Below are positions 1 to 11,865 of a stretch of 64,000 nt of DNA, piece by piece. How positions within the stretch are numbered: the stretch's first letter is position 1; the number at the start of each line of letters is the position of its first letter. Under the pieces are notes generated by a model. It had not been told where the DNA came from and searched no databases. It saw only the letters and a list, made by a program, of their open reading frames with translations. Source of the DNA: Diadema antillarum (Eukaryota); the NCBI RefSeq assembly GCF_040938485.1, contig NW_027272280.1:248001-312000 (forward strand), in the 5' to 3' direction. Made by a program: the position numbers and the translations under genes.

Positions 1-254
1 TGCAATCGCGAATGAGGAACTTATCTTGCATTAAAAACTAAAATATCCAAAGGGATATCGCTACTGTATATACTTTTTTTTTTCATTTTCCTTTTTTGAA
101 ATTACATGATAATTCTATATGCCTCTGTTTATGTATGCGTCATAAATTTACGTTATATCAATGAAATCAATTCATGATCAATTCTGTCATCCGAAGATGT
201 GTGGGCAAACGGGTATCATAGCTCAATATACCTCAATGAATATAAAGATAAAGG

Positions 255-256
<2 letters not shown>

Positions 257-306
<50 letters not shown>
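257..306. repeat. (TA)n microsatellite
   Basis: Uninterrupted TA run of about 25 units. Confidence 0.95.
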
Positions 307-309
<3 letters not shown>

Positions 310-1775
310 AATCATCATCATCATCACCATCTATGTGTGTGCATAAATGATATATTATACGTGTGTGTGTGCGTGATTGTTTTAGTTTTTGTACAAATGT
401 TCTTTTTGTACTTTTCACCTAAGTAAAAATCCAGTGAATGAACGTAATTTCTGAAATTATCTTGTGTGTTTTCTTAACCGTTATACTGTCAATACCAATC
501 GAAGACTATACCGGTCTTCACAGCTAGAAAATGTTAAATGCTTTTCGGCAGTGGTCCTGAGAAGTTTTAGTTTAACATGTAAATTCGTTTCATATCAGTT
601 TTCTCTATATGTTAGCTGCCGAATGCTTCCTTTATCTGGTTTGGTTTGTCTCAAAGATACATGAGAAAGTAAATTGATCTGTTCACAAGAAAAAAAATAT
701 ATATTACGCATAGTTGATATCAAATGACACAAACTGACAGAAACAGATGGCACGAAAGGACATCAATGACACCATACAAGATTTTCAGCAGTGGTTTTTT
801 TCTTCACGAATACACCGACAGAGATTGTATAAAAGTATATAGGCTGCTCTCACTGAAACCATTCATTTTGATAAAGATCTCACCGAATAACTACGTAGAT
901 ATATAGCGACGCGTAACGGCAAACATATACTGCAATGTTGTCATCCATATTTTGTCTGTAGCTTCCCTCCTCATTCTGACAAAGGTAGGTTACTGGTATG
1001 TTTACGGCCCTAAATTGCCCCGGCTCAGCAAAATTATGATAGAATTGGGCTATTATCGAGATATCAGCGTTGAAGCCCTAAAGTGTATTTACTCACGCCT
1101 CTCAAAGTCCCAGTCACCTTTTCCGTCCCTTATTTTCCCCTAAGTCGTCAGTTTATGGTCCGAAACACGCACCAACATCTAGTGACAATTTCCGACCCAA
1201 ACTTGATGACGCTATATTATGCTCAAGTGTACCGCATTTATAGGTGCAATGACAGAGAGGATGAAAGCACAATCAAAACTAATGTAGGCTTATATATACA
1301 GTTATTGTGAGAACATTTTGCAAAAGTGCACCTGCATCAAAGAAATTGTATTATGGTACAATGTCATGTGTGTTTCTCACATTGACCTCAATGCACGTAA
1401 GCAATGTACATTGTATATAGACGTATAATTTGCTGCCGAGTATATATCAACCCTTTCCATGCCAATGAGTCATGCACGCGTTTCACACACAAACTTGTGG
1501 ACAGGAAATAAGCATGCAGAGGGTTAAATGGAGAGGACACGCGCCTTCATCACAATTTGCTGGGTTATTGATTCAAGGACATCAGCGTGCAGTAGGGGCC
1601 CTACCTATTATACTCATTGATGTTGCAGCCTATATGAGGCATTAATGTAATAATACTTACATACGCGGGTATGTGCAGATATTGTATTACCATATATGTT
1701 ATACTTTTTTGATGAATTGATAATTTGATACTAACATTCCGTTATCTTTATTTCAGCGATATGAGATTGCAGATC

Positions 1776-1927
1776 GGGGCCTCGTTTCATAAAACTTGTT
1801 TTCAATAACAAGTTACGATAGCCTTTAGTATAAGCTACTGAAATCTTTGCATCTGATTGGCTGAGAGCAAATTTGTCAAAGAAATGTGGCAGTTGTTACT
1901 GATAACAAGTTTAATGAAACGGGACCC
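1776..1927. mobile_element. Short MITE with GGG..CCC termini (PIF/Harbinger-like)
   Basis: Imperfect TIRs gggcctcgtttcataaaacttgtt / aacaagtttaatgaaacgggaccc. Similarly organised elements at 14194-14312 and 51235-51419. Confidence 0.55.
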
Positions 1928-1944
1928 AGAGCACACTTTATTAA

Positions 1945-2500
1945 AGGTAGGGGATACCTTTTACAGACCTCCCAAAATGCAGCAAAACATTGAATATGAA
2001 CCTCAGGGGACTTGTTTAGGCCACTGCTGAGAAATTTGGAAGTCAACAGTTATCTACAATTTGAATAATGCACAAAACTCAACTACTCAGTAGTTCTGTG
2101 GATGTGTCAGCCACACTTAAGCCTCTGTGTTGCAGTCTTCTGTATTTTTTATCTATAAACACAAATCTAAAAGTATAAGAGCTGATGTAATAACATATAG
2201 AGTGTGTGGCAAGAATGTATATAGAAATGTTTGTAAGTTTTGATGAACTTTCTTCACAAAATACACATGATGGACACACATGCAGTGCATGGGTCTGCAA
2301 AGGTAGCCTAGTAATGTACTGGAATTTACGGTGAGCCCCGAAAAAAATTCAATTCCAAATCTAACGGTCAATAAAAATGTACTAAATGTTACCTTCCACT
2401 TTCAATACTTTATGGGAGTTTCTAAAATGATACTCTCTTCAACATACCACTGTATTTATACAACTCTTCATTTGAGGCATGCAAATGGGATTCCCTACCT
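1945..2500. mobile_element. Non-autonomous DNA transposon with TTAA TSD (Kolobok-like)
   Basis: TTAA|aggtaggg ... ccctacct|TTAA: short TIR, AGG..CCT termini, TTAA on both sides. Confidence 0.65.
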
Positions 2501-3170
2501 TTAAGTTTGATACTCCGATAGACTAATTAGCAAACAATTGAACCTCTGTTTCTAACATTAGTGAAACGCTTTCATGCTGAAGCGATATCAGAATGAATCC
2601 AAGAAAACACAATCATGAAACGATTCACCTGACTTCTAATTTATATATAACACCAGATGTCTATCTATCTCTTTTTCTCTCGCATTATAAATACACACAC
2701 ATACTTAACCATTAATATCTATACATGTATAATAAGTCAAACACGAATTGAAGAACAAAATAAAACGCGATATACAACCGAAAAGGAGCAGTGCGCCTGT
2801 GACTGCACGTATAGGAAGAGTCCTTGAATCGAAATTCCAAGAGAATATTACGAACTAAAGCACGAATTTAAATAGTGAAATAGAAACTTACACACAACAA
2901 AAGAAATGCGCAAGATGTTTCTCTATACAATGTACATTTTATAGTTGCGCCTTCTTTATAGGTTTAACTGCTTTCCGGGTAACTAATGGATTCTAAATTA
3001 TACAAACAACAACTCAAAGCCAAACATGAACTGAAGGCGTATGTTGGGAGCATATGCTGCCTAATGATGAACCGCAAGCCCATATACAAGTCTAGATTGA
3101 TGTTAATCAGAAGGAATTATGAAACCAAGTCCTCTATTCCCCTTTAATGCGCAATGACTGATCTGCTCAG

Positions 3171-6100
3171 GTTGTCTTCGAACTGGTGAGTGATGTCGAC
3201 GGTAATTACTATGGGGAGTTCAGCTCGGTCGACGACGGCATCAATCGAATCTGGCTGCGCCTCGTCGCCGAGGCCGACGAGCGTGTCTACGGCGGTGGCG
3301 AACAGTTCTCATACTTCAACATGCGCGGGAGGACATTCCCAATATGGATCCAAGAACAGGTAACCGGAACCAGTCCTTTTCTCTCTTTGTTTGTCTATTA
3401 TTTTCTTCATTTATTTATGTTTATTCATTAATTCAGTCATTTATGCATTTATTTACTCATTAATTTGATTTTAGTCATTTACTTATTTATCTGTACCTAT
3501 TTATTCATTATTTATACATTCATTTATTTCTTACTATTCAATAATTATCTACTTTACTCGTCATTATCATGACTCCAATCAGACGCTGTTCTCGACAGGA
3601 ACACAAACTGAAATTGAAACAGCGAAAGAAGGAATTCAACTGATAATATGAATTTTGCTAGGTTTGCCTACACCTACACCGTTTCGTTCGTACCCCTCAG
3701 TAACAGCTTCCTGAAGTGTGATTGATAACAGAACAACAAGCAATCATCAAAATCAATTATTTACATTTTTTTAAGAATCAATGTATATTGACATTATTTC
3801 TACATGACGTTGGTATGCATGTCAATCTGTCAAGTGACTAAGACTAAGAATCTGCAAGTTTTCGTTTCTGCAAAGTAATTACAATATCAAGTTATATGTT
3901 GAAGCTGTACTTAAACATGCGCTTAGATAAGTTCGCGGAAGGGGAATGCTTTCTTATTTAGAGAATGTGATGTGTTTTTGAACTGTAGGGTGTCGGCCGC
4001 GACAAAAACTACGAGATCACCTTCCTAGCCGACCAGCGCGACGGGGGAGGAGGCGACTATTACACCACCTACTGGGCGCAGCCCACTTTCCTCTCCAGTC
4101 GCAAGTACTACGCGCACTTCACGACGAACGCGTACTCCGAGTTTGACTTCCGATCTAGCGCGTACCACGAGATTCAACTGTGGGGGGATTCCCCTGGTCG
4201 AGTCTACTTTTTCACGGGGGCGACCTATGTGGAACTGGTGGAGCAGATGACGGCTTACCTGGGCAGACAGCCGATGCCGCCGGAGTGGGTGTACAACGGG
4301 ACCATCATCGGGGTGCAAGGGGGCACAGACTTGATGCTGGAATATCTGGCCCTTGCAGAGGTGAGGTATATTTTTGTTTGGCGGTAAACTATGGAACATT
4401 TGATTATCACGTAATACACCGGGTTGCCCTATTGATCTGCTGACGTAATTTCCGCATCTGCAAGCAATATTTCGGTTACGTATATTGTAATGGTGTGATG
4501 ATCGGGCAAATTTGTAATAGAAACAAAGTGAAGGGGTAGACAATGGCTCCTGTTTGCTTTTTCCCTATTATGATGCTTCTTAGTATCCTACGAAAGGAAT
4601 CACTCCAACATTTTTTTTTCGTTCTCTTAATAGTTCGACTTCTACAATATTCAGTAACAGTATAGAAAGATAACTCGCTAGATTTAATGTCTTCGATAAT
4701 TTGGTGATCTGTTTTTAGACGCAGTTGCTACACAATGCATCAACCTGACATGGATAATATATACATAAGCCTCGTGTTATATCCAATGCTAGTTAGTTGA
4801 TGCATCTTTTTAGGTTATCAGGTCCTAAACCTTGAGGAGTGCTGCCTATAGCATTTTCGAAAGGTGACGAGATGATTAGCATACACCGAGCGTAACTTAT
4901 GAATTATTCATCTTACTTTGTTCGACTTTTCGTCATCTCATACAGGCTCATGGGATAAGAGTGAGTGGCATTTGGATTCAAGACTGGGCGGGGCGCATCA
5001 CAACATCCTTTGGTAGACGCCTCTTCTGGAACTGGGAGTGGGATCCTGAACAGTACCCTAATCTGGATCAGGTCATTGTCGATCTGAAGAAGCGCGGTAT
5101 TCGGATTCTCGTCTACGCCAACCCCAATCTCAACAGGGAAGGGAGCCTGTATCAAGAAGCGGCGAGGGAGGATTATCTAATCAAAAACACGAGTGGAGAC
5201 CCTTACATTGTCGATTATGGAGAGTTCTTTTGCGGGATAGTGGATTTCACCAACCCTGATGCCGCGCAGTGGTACAAGGACAGGATAATCAAGCAGAACA
5301 TGTTGGATCTGGGGATAGGGGGTTGGATGGCAGACTTCGGGGAGTATCTCCCCATCGACGCGGTGTTCCACAGCGGAGCGGAAGGGACAGACATCCACAA
5401 CAAGTGGCCGGCGATTTGGGCTCAGGTGAACCGGGAAGGGGTGGAGGAGGCGGGCCAGCTGGGAGAGATCCTGTTCTGGATGCGTGCTGGTTACACCGGA
5501 TCGCAGGAGTTCAGCGTCATGACCTGGGCTGGTGACCAGTTTGTGGATTACGGTCTAGCTGACGGCATCGCTTCCGTCATCCCGGGCGCCCTTTCGCTGG
5601 GCATATCCGGCTACGGGATGAACCACTTCGACATCGGCGGCTACACATCGCTCTTCGACGTCACCAGGACGGAGGAGCTCTTCCTCCGCTACGCCGAGAT
5701 GGCCGCCTTCACCACCATGATGCGGACCCACGAGGGCAACCGGCCTGACGAAAACTGGCAGTTCTATTCCAGCTCGCACACGATGTACGAGTTCGCGCGA
5801 CACACTGAAATCTACGTCGCCCTCAACGACTACGTGAACGCCACGATTTGGGAGAACCACGAGCGCGGCATACCCGTCCAGAGACCGCTCTTCCTGCACT
5901 TCGAGAAGGACGAGACATCCTACGATATCCAGTATCAGTACATGTTCGGTAACGATCTGCTGGTTGCGCCTGTCTACGAGCAGGGCATAGAAAGCTGGGA
6001 AGTGTATCTTCCGCCGGAAAACTGGGTGTTCCTCTGGGATGAAACCATCACGTCAGTAGGAGGGGAGACCGTGACGGTTCCTGCCCCGATGGGTAACATC

Positions 6101-7326
6101 CCGGTCTTCTTCCGCAGCGCGTCCCCCTGGGCGGATACTTTCAGGAGCTTGAGGCAAATCTCGGCAGGTGAGTCAGAGTCATCAGTCTTTTAATCAGTGC
6201 TCTATCACAGCACTGTGTGTTTACATTGCGACCCATTTATAATTCGACGCATGCAAACTCCATGTTGTGATCATCGTTATTATCTTCTATCTTTTTTAAC
6301 GCGCTCGCGTTCCTTGGCGGCGATTGCGGAATCCACTCTGCGCCAAAAATGTGTGATGAGACGGTTAATAATCTTGCATCCTCCATCCCCGCCGACTTTA
6401 AAAAGATTATAATTTTCTTTATGGTGGACGCCAAAGACGCGTTGTACGACAGGTGGTAAACCAGTTACACTACTAGTATAATTATGCTATGTATAATAAT
6501 AAAAAAAAATGATTAAATGTTATAGTGTCGACTCGGCAGATTAGGCGTGTGCAAAAATTATTGCGTATAGATAGACTGTCTTGACCGCAGAATAGCAAGG
6601 CCAGATACATCTGGCTCATAAATATTATGAGACCGAGATTTTTGATCATTCAGTCCCCCAAATCCGAGATAGTTGTTCTATAGACACCCTTTATCTTCTT
6701 GAGGTGATCGACGGCTAATTTTGTTCGTTTATGCGAAATATGAAAATCCCAATACTGTAGTCCCCTGGGACTGCCCATAGTTCATAATCCATCGCCCAAT
6801 CATAAAATTTGGTATCAACCTTTGTTCAAGGGGTGTAAAATAATTTCGTTCGTTATAACGTCATCTCATCTGCTAAACGATGCCTAGCAGCCGCGAGTTA
6901 AATTGCGGTGTTCAATTTTGTTATGATTGTATAGCTCCATGATCGAACAAGGAGGTAAGAACTTCTAGGCAAGCTCGCCTAGTACCTATACGTGGTCGTA
7001 CTTATATAGCTGACTGAACTGGATAATGAAATAACTACGATCTCATATCCATCTGCTTCACAATTTACAATCTTTACAGTACGTTTTGAGATCGTGGCAA
7101 AATTACATAAAACGACCGTTTAGTGGTGACGGATTACAAGTATGCTAGAAGTATAATGACGTCACACTGTAATGTGTTCATAATCTCGAATGCAGTGACG
7201 GTCCCCCCGCCGACAGCCACAAGTGCGCCGTTTACTACCGACAGCGTGGGTATGACGACGCCATCCATGTTCTTCACGGTGTGTGCGATACTCGCGGGTT
7301 TCGTTGTGCGCCGTTCCCAGAAGTAG
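3171..7326 (+). CDS. yihQ: GH31 sulfoquinovosidase (YihQ)-like alpha-glycosidase, spliced; 5' exons not found in the window
   Basis: Exons 3171-3359, 3989-4360, 4946-6167 and 7196-7326 have AG/GT borders in matching phase (reading through the 6168 donor stops at 6193). The spliced protein contains YGGGEQFSY, EQGVGRDK, GGDYYTTYWAQPTFLSS, LGRQP, GVQGG, WIQDW, FGRRLFWNW, WMADFGEYLP (nucleophile Asp), WAGDQ (acid/base Asp), DIGGYT, RTHEGNRP and DLLVAPV, colinear with E. coli YihQ as recalled. Confidence 0.9.
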
Positions 7327-8571
7327 ACATGCAACCAACGAGATGATAACAATTATACACAAAGAGGATGTCGCCATCGAAATGTAATCAATATTTGGTA
7401 AGGTGCTTTCACGAGGCTAAAAATTTTATACTTCGGGTTTGACAATCCAGTTGATAGCCTGACTTTACGTAGTGGAAAATCCGTCTACATTAATGTTTAT
7501 GTCGCTTACACGCGTTCACTCAATATAATGCTGGATTCGCAGTTTGTAGAATTAATCAGGCTGTTAATTGTTTTTCTTTTCTGATTTTTTCTCCGCCTTT
7601 GATGGGACATTTTCCTGTGGCAACAAAAATATAACGTCGAAGATAATCATATTTGAATATGTAAAGAGCTTAATTCTTTTATATGTGTTACAGTACTTTG
7701 TGTTACTATAATTATTTTCTGTAGATAGTCTGTCTTTATCATTTATTCCCTTGTTTATGGTATGAAGAAGCCGTTTTGGATTTAGGCAGGAACCCCCCCC
7801 CCCCCCAATATAAGAAAAATAATAAATAGAAAAACAAGAAGCAAAACAACTCACTGTAAGACATAATATCAGCATTTTCAAAAGATTCTAAACGTGGAAA
7901 TGTTTAAATGGAAATCAGTTGATGGTGTATCTGCGATGGCACTGAACAAAACATGGATTTTCACCACAGATAATCCCCCTTCTCCAAACTCTGCCTGTTT
8001 TATACTTTTTTTCATGTTTGCTTTTGTTTCTCTCCACTATATCAGTCAATTCAATCCCTCCTGCATTTTGCCCTTGCAGTTTTAGTCTACGTATTGTACC
8101 TCAATATTTTGTACAATTAATATGTATGATATTCACTGACTCTGTCAATTATGTGAATTTAACCACCTTGTATTATTTCGAACTACTTTTCCCGCACTTA
8201 TTTGATGTGTTGATGTGGGTAATATGACAAATAATACAAGTGCTACATTAATTACCAAATTATCTGTCTCGCTATCTTGTTACTCTGGCATATCTTTGAT
8301 GTGTTTCAAACTTTCACATATACTGGAGTGTCTATGCCCCGTATGAAGCTCACGAGTCTGCTTCGACAATGCAGAGAGAAAGAAGTGACAAAGTCTTCAA
8401 GCTATGCCCTAAAAACTTACTAGAATTCAGATTTAAAAAATAGCAAAATGTGTTTCAGGTGGTTGAATATGTAAATTATAATCCATTCTAGATGACTGTG
8501 GATTAGTAAAAAAACCTCTGCAAATCGACACAAAATGTTCACACTTGATCTTTTTACATTCCCTCTATGTT

Positions 8572-8780
8572 CTGTAAAAGTGGATATTTTCGTGCGAGTA
8601 ATTTTTCGCGCTAGGCTGGGTGAGAAGAGTTTCGCGTGTTTTTAAATCCGTGGAATCAAGACATCACACACAGGACTATATGGCAAGCAAAAATATTCGC
8701 GTGCTTTTATTTTCGCGCTAGTTTCTGGTTGCGCGAAATGCGCGAAAATTTCAACACCGCGAAAATTTCCACTTTTACAG
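8572..8780. mobile_element. MITE, CTGTAAAAGTGGA TIR family (copy 1)
   Basis: TIR ctgtaaaagtgga / tccacttttacag; near-identical copy at 51807-52005. Confidence 0.8.
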
Positions 8781-9109
8781 AGTATATGCTACCAACACAG
8801 TGCATCAATGATGCATCTTTATTTGCAACATATACATAAATAGCACCAAGAATGTATAAACATATAAACAAGAAAAAAAAAAACACCCCAAAACCTCAAA
8901 CAAGATCTCAGTATTGGTGACAGATCCCATGAAGAGAGGGCTAACCTCTGGCTTCAATGTTTCTGATCATATTGTTTTAGTGTTTGATCTTTTCTGTTTA
9001 GATGTGTTCATTAAAGAAAAAATCCCCTCTCTGCTACAAGTGTATTTGTGTCATAAAAGGAATTATAGACTTTGTATATTCAGTTTAAATAATGTATAAT
9101 TATTATATA

Positions 9110-9384
9110 CACCCAACCAAAAAAGTTGTATTTTTGGATATATCTCAAAAAGTATTTCACCGATTTTCATAATTCAAATGGGATTGGATAAGTAATTTTA
9201 TTACTCATAACATGAATGGCGTATCATTGCCACCAGATATCCCTATTGGTGTGAAAAAAAAAATGCATTTTATGTCAAAATGCATGGAAAAAAAAAGTTA
9301 TTAAAAAAAATTATGAAAATCGGTAAAATACTTTTTGAGATATATCCAAAAATGCTAGGGGGAACTTACTTTTTTGGTTGAGTG
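9110..9384. mobile_element. Tc1/mariner-like MITE with long TIRs and TA TSD
   Basis: TA|cacccaaccaaaaaagt ... acttttttggttgagtg|TA, plus a subterminal inverted block (ggatatatctcaaaaagtatttcaccgattttcataatt). Confidence 0.75.
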
Positions 9385-10228
9385 TATACTTCTAGACACA
9401 CTGTACATTGAAGCAAACTGTGGACTCTATGAAGCCCATTATGCATGCCACAGCTAAGTTAACATGCACATTACTCTTCTCACAAATAGATATTCACAAC
9501 TAAGAGAAGACATAGAGTAATGATACTAAATGACAATGCCACGGTTCTGTATATTTGTTGCATTTTATTTACAAAGGCATTCATTTAAACATCTTCAATC
9601 AACATGACCATCCAATCACTGTATAGAAAATATATGATTTCTTGTTTTTGTTTGTTTCTTTGCTTCTTTAAATCTAGACATATGTATGTGATCAACATCA
9701 CCTTGCTCCGCAACAGTAGTGATAATTGAACACTGTGTCTGACACAAATGTCCTCAGGAACATGTACAGTCTTCAGTTGCATATCCTCCCTGAATTAGCA
9801 AAACTGTCTGCATCGTTACAGAGAAGAATAAAGTGACATTTGAATATGTAAAACATCACATTACAGCCATGAATAATGAAGCTATTGTGATGAACTCTGT
9901 AGGCATTATCATAGGTTGTATTCATGTTGCACTAACATTAGAATAACAGCTCAAAATGATGTTGAGAATGATAGAAGGTTGATAATAACAGTGACAACAA
10001 TGATAGCAACCATAATTATGATAACTGAACCTCATCTGTATATATATGAAACTCAGTTAACTGCCTCACAGGATGAGGGCATTGCTATACCAAGTACTGG
10101 TCTACAATCACCTGCAGAAGACTTTGAGTTCAGAAAATTAAAAAAAAAATATGTGAAATCAACACACAGTAAAATTTTGAGTGAAATGGATAATTCTGGG
10201 AAACTTTAGAAAAGTTTGAACATCAATA

Positions 10229-10581
10229 CAGTGGACTCCCGTTATGACAAAGTCCTGGGGACCAGCAGTTTTCTTTCGTTATATCGAAAGTCATTATAAC
10301 CGAACAAATAAACAATAAAAATAAATAGAACCGATAATATTGCAGACTGACTTTTTATTTTCATTGCAACTGATTGACAAATTGCCTTACTTCGACGTAA
10401 ATAAGCACTGAATTGATCAGTGTTTTGGTAGTAAACACTGATCAATTCAGTGCTTATTTACGTCGATGTAGGGCAATTTGTCAATCAGTTGCAATGAAAA
10501 CACCTCGACGGAAGAATTCCATGAATTTACTTTTTACATGTATTTTGTTATAATCATGTTTGTTATAATGGGAGTGCACTG
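10229..10581. mobile_element. Tc1/pogo-like MITE (TA|cagtg TIR) containing an internal hairpin
   Basis: TA|cagtggactcccgttat ... ataatgggagtgcactg|TA. Confidence 0.7.
10358..10500. repeat. 143-bp near-perfect palindrome
   Basis: Arms of about 68 bp with 2 mismatches around a tggtagt loop. Confidence 0.9.
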
Positions 10582-10582
10582 T

Positions 10583-10849
10583 ATTAAAAATCATGATACT
10601 TTGTGGTTGTTTGTTTACCCACTAGTTTGTATCCACGCAAGTAGCATGAAGTTCAAAAGACCAAGATTATTTGGATGCCATAAAACATGAACTAGTACGA
10701 TCAAGATTAATTGGATGCCATGAAACATGAACTCATAAAGTTCATGTTTCATGGCATCCAATTAATCTTGGTCTTTTGACCTTCATGCTGCTTGAATCGA
10801 TAGAAACTGGTGGGCAAACAAACAACCACAAAGTATAATGATTTTTAAT
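10583..10849. repeat. Foldback (imperfect inverted repeat) element
   Basis: attaaaaatcatgatactttgtggttgtttg... is mirrored at 10849; internal duplication of about 37 bp (caagattaattggatgccatgaaacatgaact). Confidence 0.8.
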
Positions 10850-11038
10850 TGAAGCAGTGGTGAACAGTTGATTTCTACCAATTTGCAGGTATTCTACTAG
10901 CATACCATCCTTTATATAGCTTGAAGCTCTAAAGAGGATCACCTTTTCAGGGAAAAAAAAACATCTAGGAAATATACATTACTAATTCCAGAAAAAAAAA
11001 AAACCTTTCTGCTTGCATATCATTATTTTTTCATAATA

Positions 11039-11570
11039 CAGTGCACTCCCATTACAACGAACACGGTTATAACGAAATTTCGTTATAACGAAGTAAAACT
11101 TCAGGTCCCGAAATTATCGCCATTAAAGTCTATGGTACAAAATTCGCTTATAACGAACACGGTTATAGCAAAATTTTCGTTATAACAAAGTATTTTTCGA
11201 GCACCACTGGAAAAGAAAAACAAAAGAAATAAGCTCGGTTATAACGAACTGAGGATCGCTTTCGAAAATACGCAGCGGAACAAGCATTCATAGCGTCTCT
11301 GCATGGGCGAACGCGTCACATTACTGTGTGTTCGCTTGGTGTGTCACGCACAGTTTCCGAGTTGAACTTGCATTATTGTAATACTATAATCTCAAATTGA
11401 ATAACTATTTGTTTTATTGTTCACATAGCTTTCCAGTGTATGACGAGTATTCATCAAACAGAATATCATATATGCGCGGCTTCCTTGTTTTCGTTATATA
11501 TTGTATTTGTTCGGTTATAACGAAAGAAAACTGCCAGTCCCAAGCATTTCGTTATAGCGGGAGTGCACTG
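11039..11570. mobile_element. Tc1/pogo-like MITE, same family as 10229-10581, opposite orientation
   Basis: TA|cagtgcactcc ... gggagtgcactg|TA with repeated gttataacga motifs. Confidence 0.75.
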
Positions 11571-11865
11571 TACTTGCTCAATACATGTATACTCAAAAGT
11601 TTCACTGATCTGCTAATTCTCTTTCAAAATTTTCTTCTAGAAGAAAATTTATTCTACAGATGTAATCCTCCTGGATCAATTGTATTATGTCAATTGCATT
11701 TGCTCTTAAAATAAACATAACATGCTCACTATCTTCACTCTCCGGAAATGTTTTACTTTTAAGATCTCATGCGAAATTGCACCATAATTGGGATGCATTT
11801 TGTTGTTTTTGTTTTTCTAGATAAGATAAAATATATGTTTCAGTAGAAAAAAAAGGCAGAAAGAA

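Noticed and set aside
161-426. Short ORFs with IYIY/HHHH runs
   Set aside because: Translations of (TA)n and (CAT)n microsatellites.
907-1005. Hydrophobic frame (..VVIHILSVASLLILTK) ending at a GT donor, as a possible signal-peptide exon of the GH31 gene
   Set aside because: No in-frame ATG, a weak acceptor, and about 100 aa of expected N-terminal domain would still be missing. Unsupported without transcripts.
4025-5899. Antisense and alternative-frame ORFs over GH31 exons (also 57905-58297, 36947-37913 and 35671-36570)
   Set aside because: Shadows of GC-rich or biased coding sequence, with no recognisable domain.
3171-6193. Bacterial contamination as the source of the YihQ-like sequence
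   Set aside because: Canonical phase-consistent spliceosomal introns and continuity with eukaryotic repeats and genes.
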